This document shows, piece by piece, positions 19,675 to 28,780 of a DNA stretch of 64,000 bases (positions are counted from its first letter, which is position 1; each line of letters opens with the position of its first letter). The notes below the pieces were generated by a model. It saw only the letters and a program-made list of their open reading frames with translations, was not told where the DNA came from and ran no database searches. Both the position numbers and the translations under genes were made by a program. Location: NCBI GenBank assembly GCA_050010755.1, contig JBEKKK010000001.1, forward strand, positions 576,001 to 640,000, read 5' to 3'. The DNA comes from Candidatus Bathyarchaeia archaeon. Its GTDB lineage: Archaea > Thermoproteota > Bathyarchaeia > Bathyarchaeales > Bathycorpusculaceae.

Positions 19675-20355
19675 ATGGGAAAATTGAGTATGGAAGATGT
19701 CTTTAAAGTCTTGTCAAAGCCTCTCCCTGACTTCGAGATAAAACCAGGCAAGACGGCTCTGCTTCTGATTGATTTTCAAGAGCTCGTGAGTTCAAAACCG
19801 CTGCTTCGAGAAGCAGTTGGCGCGGGGTTGCCTGAAAGAGAGGTGAGGGAAGCCTTGCGGGAATACGATAGAAGAATAAGCAAGGCGGTGAAAAATGCCC
19901 AAAGGATACTGCAGGCCTGCAGGAACAAAGGCTATGACATTATGCATGTTAAGTTGGGGGCACAGACCGGCAACCCCCTGCACACAGCTAAGGTTAACAG
20001 AAAAGCCGATTTCATCGTTCCCAATGATGCGGAAAGAGGCAGATTCCTGAACGAAGTGAAGCCCATCGAAGGAGAACTTGTTTTTCCAAAAACAAACGGC
20101 GGAGCATTCACAGGAACCAACCTGGACTTCGTCCTCAGGAACATGGACATCAACAGCGTCATCATAACCGGCTTCCTGACCGATCAATGCGTCCTCGCAA
20201 CCTCAATCTACGCAGGAGACGTGGGATACGACGTTCTATTAGTCGAGGACGCCTGCACAGGAACCACCAAGGAAAACCACGACGCCGTAATTAAAATCGC
20301 AAAAGACGTATTCTTAAAGGTCAAAACGACCCGAGAACTTCTGCCAACTCTCTAA
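19675..20355 (+). CDS. Isochorismatase-family cysteine hydrolase
   Basis: ALLLIDFQ, K..AFTGT, TDQCV triad. Confidence 0.9.
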   Translation: MGKLSMEDVFKVLSKPLPDFEIKPGKTALLLIDFQELVSSKPLLREAVGAGLPEREVREALREYDRRISKAVKNAQRILQACRNKGYDIMHVKLGAQTGNPLHTAKVNRKADFIVPNDAERGRFLNEVKPIEGELVFPKTNGGAFTGTNLDFVLRNMDINSVIITGFLTDQCVLATSIYAGDVGYDVLLVEDACTGTTKENHDAVIKIAKDVFLKVKTTRELLPTL

Positions 20356-20428
20356 AAGGGCCAAAACTCTGTTGCCATTTTCAAGCTAGGACGGCGTTTA
20401 CGGCCCCTCTCATTCTTGCTTCTGAAGG

Positions 20429-20543
20429 TGCGGGGGGTGGGATTCGAACCCACGGAGGCCTTCGCCAGAGGATCTTAAGTCCTCCCCCTTGTCTTAGGCT
20501 TTTTCTGGCCCTGCCTATTTAGACCTGGCTCGGGTACCCCCGC
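20429..20543 (-). tRNA. tRNA-Leu(TAA) with 30-nt D-arm intron (~20489-20518)
   Basis: Acceptor GCGGGGG/CCCCCGC, anticodon arm GAGGA-CTTAAGA-TCCTC, long variable arm, TTCGAAT loop; BHB helix GTCT/AGAC with 3-nt bulges. Confidence 0.92.
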
Positions 20544-20647
20544 GCTAATCAACTAGGTTGATGTTGCTTCGTAGTTAAAGTTTTTCAGAGAGACGGCATT
20601 AAGTTAAAATTCAGAAGCGCTCACTGTTCTGAATGCGCAAAAGGCTT

Positions 20648-20777
20648 GGGCGAGTAGCTCAGTACGGATTGGCTCTTGTGCTAAAGCAGGGGTCGTGAGC
20701 GCTTTTGCAGGAGTCACGGACAGAGCACCAGCCTCCTAAGTTGGGGGTCGTGGGTTCAAATCCCACCTCGCCCGCCA
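20648..20777 (+). tRNA. tRNA-Arg(CCT) with ~53-nt D-loop intron, CCA encoded
   Basis: Acceptor GGGCGAG/CTCGCCC, anticodon arm CCAGC-CTCCTAA-GTTGG, TTCAAAT loop; insert closed by GGCTCTTG/CAGGAGTC stem. Confidence 0.9.
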
Positions 20778-21021
20778 TATTTTCAAGAAATGAGCTATAA
20801 TTGCTGACTTTTTGGTTAATGGTCTTTGGACGCGCACTAGACTTGACTTCCAATTCTTAGCTCGGAAAAACAGCGCTCCGGCCCTGCAGTACAGAAGACT
20901 CTCTGCCCCGCTAAAAGAGGAATAGAGCCAATACCAAGCTTCTTTTCATTTGATGTTATCTAGTGGCCATGATTCAATCTTTAATACTGATCCCACCAAT
21001 AATGTATATCCGTGATTCTTC

Positions 21022-21525
21022 TTGAAAGATATCGAGTTGAAGTTGATTTCTGAGCTTGTGAAGAATAGCAGGAGGAGTGACAGGGAGCTTGCCAAGGCAC
21101 TTAGAGTTTCCCAACCAACCGTCTCCAGAGTAAGAGTGAGACTTGAGAAACAAGGGCTCATAGATTACAGTGCAATTCCAAATCTTGCTAAGCTGGGTTT
21201 CGATATAATCGCTGTAACATTTGGAAATCGAGATTACCAGAAGCATCCTGAAATCAATCTTCAAAGAGCTAAAGACTTCGCAGAGAGACATCCAGGACTC
21301 ATATTCGGTGCTTTTGGAAGCGGGCTAGGTCATGACAGAATAGCAATCTCGATCCACAGAAACTATTCCGACTATTCCAAGCTTCTCCAAGAGATGCGAA
21401 GTGAATGGGCAGAGATCATGGATATCAAAGACTCTTTCATCGTAAGCTTGAAAAGCAAAGAAGTCATCCAACCGCTCTCTCTAAAACACTTCGCAGACCA
21501 ACTGAAGAATGAGAAAGAAAGCTAA
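21022..21525 (+). CDS. Lrp/AsnC-like wHTH transcription regulator
   Basis: NSRRSDRELAKALRVSQPTVSR HTH; PNLAKLG. Confidence 0.88.
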   Translation: MKDIELKLISELVKNSRRSDRELAKALRVSQPTVSRVRVRLEKQGLIDYSAIPNLAKLGFDIIAVTFGNRDYQKHPEINLQRAKDFAERHPGLIFGAFGSGLGHDRIAISIHRNYSDYSKLLQEMRSEWAEIMDIKDSFIVSLKSKEVIQPLSLKHFADQLKNEKES

Positions 21526-21641
21526 CAGACAACGCCTAATGATTCCAAGATTTCAGGGGCTCATTGGAAGTTTTTCATCGCAGTTCGAACTGTTCTGTAG
21601 ACAAAGAAAAGAGGGAACTGGTGATGCACGAAATGTTAGGC

Positions 21642-21908
21642 CTAGGTAACAAGAAAGCTCTGTATCAGTGACGAAGAATCAAATTCCTCAATCAGCCTCA
21701 ACCCTTCATCTGTGGTTTGGTATATGTAGCCCTTTTCTTCAATAAAACCATGGGCTTTCAGAAACTCGATATACCTAGTGAATTGTCCATAACTTAGAGA
21801 AACCGAACTGAGCAAGTGTATTTGCCTGGTGCCCTTCTTTGCAGCTTTCAGGATGGCTACAGAAATTATCAAAGAACTTCTCCTTTTCGACGGGAAAGTC
21901 AAGTCCAC
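21642..21908 (-). CDS. Small wHTH transcription regulator
   Basis: KRRSSLIISVAIL..LSYGQFTRYIEFL..YQTTDEG; start uncertain. Confidence 0.7.
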   Translation of the reverse strand: MDLTFPSKRRSSLIISVAILKAAKKGTRQIHLLSSVSLSYGQFTRYIEFLKAHGFIEEKGYIYQTTDEGLRLIEEFDSSSLIQSFLVT

Positions 21909-22116
21909 AACACTCTCCCCCACTATATAGAACCATCTTCTAGAAGATAAACATACCTTACCGCCTTGTCCGCTGTTTTCCTTGAACGTTTCGTTTATAA
22001 ACAAGTCGCAGTGTTCCAAATATCAAGGTGCAATCGATGATGTGTTTGCTCTTCGCTTGCTCATTAAGGAACTTTATTGAAATGTCTCGCTTCTGCATTT
22101 TGGAGAAGTGGTATTC

Positions 22117-22692
22117 ATGAGTGAGGAAAAGTTGAAAACGGCTTCTACAAGGGGAATGGAAGTGGCAACTCTGGCGGGAGGTTGTTTCTGGTGTACCGAG
22201 GCAGTTTTCAGTCAATTGAAAGGCGTGGAAAAGGTCGAACCCGGCTATTCCGGCGGCAAACTCGAAAACCCAACCTATGAGCAGGTTTCTACAGGAAGGA
22301 CGGGGCATGCTGAAACCATTCAAATCACCTTTGATCCAGACGTCATATCCTACAAGGAAATCTTGGAAATCTTCTTTTCAACGCACAATCCGACGACGCT
22401 GAATCGTCAAGGTCCCGATGTCGGCACTCAATACCGGTCAGTAATATTCTATCATAACGAAGAACAGAAAGCAACGGCTGAACAGGTGATGAAAGAACTC
22501 ACTGAAGAGAGGATCTTCGACGATCCCATAGTAACCCAGTTGGAACCCTTCAAAGTGTTCTATGAGGCTGAAGATTATCATAAAGACTACTTCAAACGTC
22601 ACCCGGAACAAGCCTACTGCAGTGTGGTCATCGAGCCGAAGCTGGCAAAGCTTCGGGAACACTACATGAGCAAATTGAAACTGAACATTTGA
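22117..22692 (+). CDS. msrA: Peptide methionine sulfoxide reductase A
   Basis: GGCFWC, GYSGG, TGHAE, QYRS, AEDYH. Confidence 0.96.
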   Translation: MSEEKLKTASTRGMEVATLAGGCFWCTEAVFSQLKGVEKVEPGYSGGKLENPTYEQVSTGRTGHAETIQITFDPDVISYKEILEIFFSTHNPTTLNRQGPDVGTQYRSVIFYHNEEQKATAEQVMKELTEERIFDDPIVTQLEPFKVFYEAEDYHKDYFKRHPEQAYCSVVIEPKLAKLREHYMSKLKLNI

Positions 22693-22723
22693 CTTCTGGA
22701 AACTCAAACCGAAATGACGGATG

Positions 22724-24673
22724 CTACGTTTTCACTCGTGCAAGACGCAGAGTGTTCAGGAGCAGTAGCAGGGTTACGCCGTCGTCGCCAGAGGCCACGG
22801 TGAACCATAGCGGAACGAACCCGAGCAGCCCGAGGGCGCCGAGAACGATTTTAACGGCTAGCGATGCCATTATGTTCTGTTTGGCGATATTCACGGTTTC
22901 ATCGCTTAGCTTGACCATGTAGGGAATTTGGGACAACTCGTTATTGACCAGCACTATATCGGCTGACTCTAGGGCAACGTCGACTTTGCTGCCTCCCATC
23001 GCGATTCCCACGTCGGAAGCAGCGAGAGCCGGGGCATCGTTGACTCCGTCACCCACCATCGAAACAGTTCCGTACTTTGCTTTGATTTGACTCAGAATCC
23101 TCAGCTTGTCTTCGGGAAACAGCTCAGAATGCACCTCGTCTATCTCAAGTCTCTTTCCAACGTCATCCGCTATTTCCCGTTTGTCCCCCGTCAACATAAC
23201 AGTGTGAATGTCCGACTTTTTCAAGTCTTTCACCGCTTCAGCCGCATCCTCTCTAACTTCATCCATCACGCAGAAAGAGGCCACAGCGGTCTTGTCCATC
23301 GAAACACAGACTGCAGTGTGTTTTTCATTCGCGTAGTTCTCGCTTATCTCTTCGCAGTTGCAATCGTGCTGTTTCATGAGCTCCATATTCCCCACCGCGA
23401 CGTGAACGCCCTCGACATAGCCCGTCATGCCTTTGCCAGGAACCTCTTCCACCTCCTCGACCCTCAGGTCGCTGTAGTTCAGATCGCGATCTTTGGCCTT
23501 CTTGATGATGGTTTGAGCGAGCGGATGGTTCGAGAACTGTTCTAGTGCTGCTGCGTACCTCAGCGCCTGTTGATCCGATTTTTCGACAGAATCAACATCG
23601 TTCACGGCCGGCGTGCCTAAAGTCAGCGTGCCGGTCTTGTCGAAGACGATGGCTCTAACTTTTGCCAGTTTTTCTATGCAGATTCCACCCTTGACTAGAA
23701 CTCCTTTTCTGGCGGCAATAGTCACGGCAGCAAAGATAGTCGCCGGAACCGAGATAATAAAAGCGCTGGGACAAGAAACGACTAGCAGAATCAACGCCCT
23801 GTACAGCCACGTGCTGAATGTTCCACCGGTCAACCTTGGGATTCCGAATGCCGTGAAAGCTGCAAGGGCTATGACGACTGGAACGTAGAAACGAGCGAAC
23901 CTATCCACCAAGCTTTCAATGTGCGCCTTTCTCTTCTTGGATTCAACAACAAGCTTCACAATTCTGGACACCAACGTGTCTTCAGCGCCCTTGTTAACAA
24001 TTACCTTGAGGATTCCGCCCGAATTCACGGTGCCCGCAAAGACGCAGTCTCCAGTTCTCTTTGGAGTTGGAATGGATTCGCCCGTGACGAGCGACTGATC
24101 TACGGAGGAAGAGCCTTCAACCACAGTGCCGTCCATCGCGATTCTTTCGCCCGGCCTCACTATCATCGTCATGCCCGGTCCGACCGCTTTTACCTCGACA
24201 GTTTTTTCAGAACCATCGACGATTACCGAAGCCTTATCAGGCATGAACCGCGAAAGCCCTTCAATAGTTCTCGTCGCTCGATCCTGAATATACTCTTCAA
24301 AATACTCTGCCAACGAATAGAGAAAAAGCACGGTCGCCGCTTCGAAGAGAAAACCCAAATAAGCTGCGCCCAGGGCCGCGACGGACATGAGGAACTCAAC
24401 TGAAAACTTCTTTTCTATGATGAGTTCCTTCAAGCCCAGAACGCCGACGTACACTCCTCCTACGATGACTGAAACGTAGTAGATTGCGCTCGATACTGTT
24501 GCAGGCTCGTTCAGCAACGGTATGGCGAAACCAAGGGGGATTCCTTTCAGCAGAAGATCGAGTGAACCTGAAATGAGCATGGTTAAGCCGAAGGCCAAGG
24601 CTAGAAGAATCCAGGCTTTCTTCGTTTCGCGTTGCTCACGCTGCTCCAGTTCGGGTCTGTCCGGGCAGCTCAT
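22724..24673 (-). CDS. Heavy-metal translocating P1B-type ATPase
   Basis: TGES, SCPS, DKTGTLT, HP, TGD, GDGVNDAP. Confidence 0.94.
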   Translation of the reverse strand: MSCPDRPELEQREQRETKKAWILLALAFGLTMLISGSLDLLLKGIPLGFAIPLLNEPATVSSAIYYVSVIVGGVYVGVLGLKELIIEKKFSVEFLMSVAALGAAYLGFLFEAATVLFLYSLAEYFEEYIQDRATRTIEGLSRFMPDKASVIVDGSEKTVEVKAVGPGMTMIVRPGERIAMDGTVVEGSSSVDQSLVTGESIPTPKRTGDCVFAGTVNSGGILKVIVNKGAEDTLVSRIVKLVVESKKRKAHIESLVDRFARFYVPVVIALAAFTAFGIPRLTGGTFSTWLYRALILLVVSCPSAFIISVPATIFAAVTIAARKGVLVKGGICIEKLAKVRAIVFDKTGTLTLGTPAVNDVDSVEKSDQQALRYAAALEQFSNHPLAQTIIKKAKDRDLNYSDLRVEEVEEVPGKGMTGYVEGVHVAVGNMELMKQHDCNCEEISENYANEKHTAVCVSMDKTAVASFCVMDEVREDAAEAVKDLKKSDIHTVMLTGDKREIADDVGKRLEIDEVHSELFPEDKLRILSQIKAKYGTVSMVGDGVNDAPALAASDVGIAMGGSKVDVALESADIVLVNNELSQIPYMVKLSDETVNIAKQNIMASLAVKIVLGALGLLGFVPLWFTVASGDDGVTLLLLLNTLRLARVKT

Positions 24674-24789
24674 CGGTGACCATCAGTGAAGACGCATTTT
24701 ATTATATTAAAATAGTGCTAACGTCTTTGGACAAAATATTAATACGCTAATAACAACTACAAGTTATGTTAATAGCAGAGGCGGTTTGA

Positions 24790-25188
24790 GTGACGGTAAT
24801 AAGCATTACTCTTCCGAGTGAGCTTCTGACAAAGTTCGACGAGTTCATGAAGACACGCGGCTACTACAGCCGGTCAGAAGCCTTTCGAGACGCGATCAGA
24901 AACATAATCGTCGAATCGGACATGGCCAAGACTGAGACGGGTGAAGTGGCGGCAACAATAATGATCACCTCCGACTACGCAAGAAGAGACGTTGACTTAA
25001 GGATGAGCGAAGTCAGACACGAATTCGACGACGTAGTGGTGGAGAACGTGCACAGACACATCGACGATAAATACTGCCTAGAAATCTTCATCGCTCAAGG
25101 AAAGAACCAGCGAATTCTCGACCTTATCGGAAGAGTGAGAGGAATGCGAGGCATTCAACAGGTGAAGGCCCTCTTCATGTCACTATAA
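24790..25188 (+). CDS. nikR: NikR-family metal-responsive regulator
   Basis: Ribbon-helix-helix (ISITLP, GYYSRSEAFRDA) plus H..HRH..C metal site. Confidence 0.88.
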   Translation: MTVISITLPSELLTKFDEFMKTRGYYSRSEAFRDAIRNIIVESDMAKTETGEVAATIMITSDYARRDVDLRMSEVRHEFDDVVVENVHRHIDDKYCLEIFIAQGKNQRILDLIGRVRGMRGIQQVKALFMSL

Positions 25189-25613
25189 GAGTTGCACGAT
25201 CCGTTCGAAATCATTGTTTATTAGCGTTGCTGAAAAATCAGAATGGCAATTGCTTCTCCCAGAAGAAAGAGGCCAAGACCCATCGAATCCAAGGTACGCA
25301 ATCTCTGTTTGATTGCGCGCGCGTTCTTCACTAAAATAACGAGGTCAGGATCTCCCTAGATATTCACTCCGCCTGTGCTGCCTGTTTTCATCCTTTTCGT
25401 GCGGATGAGAGAGTTCGGCCCTGAGGCAAGGCCGATGGTCAATGGTTTTAGCTCAAATGCAGCAATGGAATTGCAGTGCAATGCCTCGGCTCAGGCGAAT
25501 CTCAAAGCATTGACTGCAACAAATACCAACAGGGTTCGCTTCCAAATTTCTATGTCCAAGCGATTCGATTAGTCTTATAAAGAGAAGTAGAAATTAGTAT
25601 TGAGGTTAAGAAC

Positions 25614-26798
25614 ATGCGGGAAGAGGATGATTGGAGTTCGAAGAGGCTGAAAGAGATTATGTCACTTGGATCGCTGCAAGCCACGAAGATGAGAGATGTT
25701 GCTCTGAAAACTAAAGATGTAATCAAATTGACCTCGGGTGAGCCTAATTTTGTCACACCCTCTCATATAAGAGAGGCAGCCAAAAAGGCTCTTGACGAAG
25801 GAAATACTTTTTACACGCCTACGAGCGGCATTCCAGAGTTTAGAGAGGCAATTGCAGACAAGATAGAAGAAGACTTTGGAGTACAGGTGGATCCAGAATC
25901 TGAAGTAATGGCTACACCAGGTGCAATTGAAGGCATATTTCTTGCCATCATGTGTACTGTCAATCCAGGGGAAGAAGTGTTGATTCCTGAGCCGGGTTAT
26001 GTTGGCTACGCCCCCTGTGTGAAGTTCGCTGGTGGAAACCCGATATCAGTACCTCTTGACGAGGAGAGGGGATTTGAACTTAAGCCTTCTGAGATAGAGG
26101 ATAGAATTACAGAGAAAACAAAGATGATTATTTTGAACTCGCCCAGTAATCCAACGGGAATGGTGATCGATCTCAAGAATCTGAAAGTCATAGCTGAAAT
26201 AGCCAAAAAACACGATCTGTTAGTGCTGTCAGATGAAGCTTACGAAAAAATGGTTTATGATGATGCTAGGCACTACAGCATCTTTGCGCTCCCTGAAATG
26301 AGGAATAGAACCATTATGGTGGGTAGTTTTTCGAAAACTTATGCCATGACGGGCTGGAGAATTGGATATCTCGTTGCGGAAAAGAGCTTAGTTCAGAATA
26401 TGCTTAAGATACAGGGTTCAATTGTGTTGTGTACAAATGGTGTCGTCCAGAAGGCAGCCGTAGCAGCACTTAAAGGGCCCCAAGATTCAATTGCAGCGAT
26501 GGTCAAGGAATTTGACAAGCGCAGGCATTTTATAGTTGATGGGCTAAACTCAATTGATGGATTTTCTTGTCAGTTGCCGAAAGGAGCGTTTTTTGTTTTT
26601 CCGAACATTACAGAATTTGGTTTGGATTCGGCCAAAATGACTCAGTTCTTGATTGAGGAAGCAAAAGTCGCTGTTTATCCCGGGATCGCATACGGCAATC
26701 TTGGCGAGGGCCATATTAGGCTAACCTACGCGGCCTCGATAAAAGATATAGAAACTGCGCTCCAAAGAATAGAAGTTAGTGTTAAAAAGCTGAGATAG
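25614..26798 (+). CDS. Class I/II PLP aminotransferase (AspAT-like)
   Basis: GEPNF, NSPSNPTG, DEAY, SFSKTYAMTGWRIG. Confidence 0.93.
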   Translation: MREEDDWSSKRLKEIMSLGSLQATKMRDVALKTKDVIKLTSGEPNFVTPSHIREAAKKALDEGNTFYTPTSGIPEFREAIADKIEEDFGVQVDPESEVMATPGAIEGIFLAIMCTVNPGEEVLIPEPGYVGYAPCVKFAGGNPISVPLDEERGFELKPSEIEDRITEKTKMIILNSPSNPTGMVIDLKNLKVIAEIAKKHDLLVLSDEAYEKMVYDDARHYSIFALPEMRNRTIMVGSFSKTYAMTGWRIGYLVAEKSLVQNMLKIQGSIVLCTNGVVQKAAVAALKGPQDSIAAMVKEFDKRRHFIVDGLNSIDGFSCQLPKGAFFVFPNITEFGLDSAKMTQFLIEEAKVAVYPGIAYGNLGEGHIRLTYAASIKDIETALQRIEVSVKKLR

Positions 26799-26799
26799 A

Positions 26800-28125
26800 T
26801 TATTCCTGTTCGATGATTAGTTCGATGTTTTGCCCCGAAACACTTATGTCGCCCAGCTTTTTTCTGTTTAGAATACAGTCATGGAAGTAGTGTGAGAACA
26901 AGGAACTTTGCTTAATTCCGATCACTTGCCAGCCGATGATTGTGTCTGTACCCTCATTGACAATCACTCTCATCAAGTTCTTTGAAGCTAATTGGGGAAA
27001 CGAAAAGAGTTCTGGTTTCTTAATTCTTGCCTTGAATGCCTTCGCGCTTATTCCGAGATTCTTGGCTTCTTCCACACTTAGGCCGATGCTTATTATCTCT
27101 GTGTCGAATATTTTGTTGTACTGTCTTCTTATGATTCCTTCATATGTTTTTTCAACTCCCACAGCATTGGCTCCTGCGATTTTTGCCGTGAGTGCTGCAA
27201 TACTGCCAAGTGGCCGATAAACACTCTTTCCGCTTACGAAATCGAGGCTTTCTGAACAATCACCCGTGGCGTAAACACCATTTAGTCCAGTCTGCATTTT
27301 ATTGTCGGCTCTGATGGCACAGTTTTTCGCAATTGTCAAACCGATAGATTTGGCTAGTCTTGTATCAGGTTCAACACCAGTTGCGAATATGACAACATCT
27401 GATTTGAGTGCCCTTTCGCCAATGACTACGCGCTCTACCCTTCGGTTTCCTTCAATTCTCTCGATCGTAGATCCAATCAATATTTTGACACCGCGTATCT
27501 GTGCGCGATGAACCAATGCTTGGGAAAGATCTTGTTCCAATATTCCTCTCAGGATTCTTGAACGAACTACAAGCGTCACACTTAATTTTCTGTGGGATAG
27601 GGCTTCTGCAGTGTCGAGCCCAACGAACCCCGCCCCTACCACGTACGCTGTCATTCCACTTGACAAGAACTCTGACGTAGCAAGGGCTTCTCGGAACTTT
27701 CTGACAGTGAAAACGCCACGTAGCCCCACGCCCTCAGTTTTTGGTACCAACGGTGAGGCCCCTGTTGCAATTATCAGTTTGTCATAGGTAACAGCAGAAG
27801 TCGAACCAAGTTGTTCTTGTCCTATCTTCTTCAGGTAGACTGCGTGAATGGAATGTTCGATTTCGGAGATATTGTATCCTGAAAGAACTTGGATGCCTGA
27901 TTTGTTCAACGTTTCATGAGGAAAAATCCCTATCTTTTCAACATCGCTCACTGCACCAGATATTACAGCAGTGAGAGAAGGTCTTGAATACGTCATTATT
28001 TCATCAGTGACAAGTGCAACTGATTTTCTAGGTTGCAGATTTCTTGCCTCAATTGCCGCTTGAATTCCTGCAACTCCGCCCCCTATTACTAATAGATTAA
28101 AATGTGCAGTCGGCAACAAGCTCAC
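26800..28125 (-). CDS. FAD/NAD(P)H pyridine nucleotide oxidoreductase (NirB/AorC-like)
   Basis: GGGVAG, YSRPSL, ATGA, GAGFVG, ATGD. Confidence 0.85.
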   Translation of the reverse strand: MSLLPTAHFNLLVIGGGVAGIQAAIEARNLQPRKSVALVTDEIMTYSRPSLTAVISGAVSDVEKIGIFPHETLNKSGIQVLSGYNISEIEHSIHAVYLKKIGQEQLGSTSAVTYDKLIIATGASPLVPKTEGVGLRGVFTVRKFREALATSEFLSSGMTAYVVGAGFVGLDTAEALSHRKLSVTLVVRSRILRGILEQDLSQALVHRAQIRGVKILIGSTIERIEGNRRVERVVIGERALKSDVVIFATGVEPDTRLAKSIGLTIAKNCAIRADNKMQTGLNGVYATGDCSESLDFVSGKSVYRPLGSIAALTAKIAGANAVGVEKTYEGIIRRQYNKIFDTEIISIGLSVEEAKNLGISAKAFKARIKKPELFSFPQLASKNLMRVIVNEGTDTIIGWQVIGIKQSSLFSHYFHDCILNRKKLGDISVSGQNIELIIEQE

Positions 28126-28228
28126 TTCGCGAAGTATTGAAGAGCCTCGTTAAAAAGAGTTGCTTCCTGTCGAAAGAAAAATAAGTCACAGAAAAGCATT
28201 ACAACATGGATATCTGGTGTAAGGATAT

Positions 28229-28780
28229 ATGAAGGAGGATTCCCAAAAATTCTTGAATGTAGATTCTGACGTATGTACAGGTTGCAGGATATGTGAACTG
28301 CGCTGTTCGCTTCATCATCGCAGAGAATCAAACCCTTCTAGAGCCTTGCTTCATGTTGTTCGACTGGAGTCACAAGGGTTGTTCATCCCCACAGTGTGCA
28401 AGCATTGCACTGAGGCTTTTTGCATCTCTGCATGTCCAACCGGTGCAATGTACAGAGACAGCTCAACTGGTGCCGTTCTGGTTGATACTGCGAAGTGTGT
28501 AGGATGCCGTTCTTGCATAGTTGCATGCCCTTGGGGACTCGTGTGGATGAATCCTGAAGGCAAAATTGATAAGTGCGACCTTTGCGGAGGAGACCCTCAG
28601 TGCGCTAAGTGGTGTCCAACTGAAGCAATCAAATATGCATGCTCGGACAAACAACACGTGAAGAAAATGAGAAGAGCCGCCATAAAGGACGCGCCTGGTG
28701 TGAAGGATAAGGAAGCATTACTTCAAAAGATCTACTATAGTGGTCGCGATCGGATTTTGTCGGACGCGAAAAAGGAGTGA
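28229..28780 (+). CDS. 4x[4Fe-4S] electron-transfer subunit (DmsB/AorA-like)
   Basis: CxxCxxCxxxC, CxxC..CxxxCP, CxxCxxCxxxCP, CxxC..CxxxCP; overlaps the AOR start. Confidence 0.9.
   Translation: MKEDSQKFLNVDSDVCTGCRICELRCSLHHRRESNPSRALLHVVRLESQGLFIPTVCKHCTEAFCISACPTGAMYRDSSTGAVLVDTAKCVGCRSCIVACPWGLVWMNPEGKIDKCDLCGGDPQCAKWCPTEAIKYACSDKQHVKKMRRAAIKDAPGVKDKEALLQKIYYSGRDRILSDAKKE

Noticed and set aside
24747-24775. TTATGTTAA resembling the XerD arm of a dif site
   Set aside because: No matching left arm at 6-bp spacing; better explained as promoter/operator DNA between nikR and the ATPase
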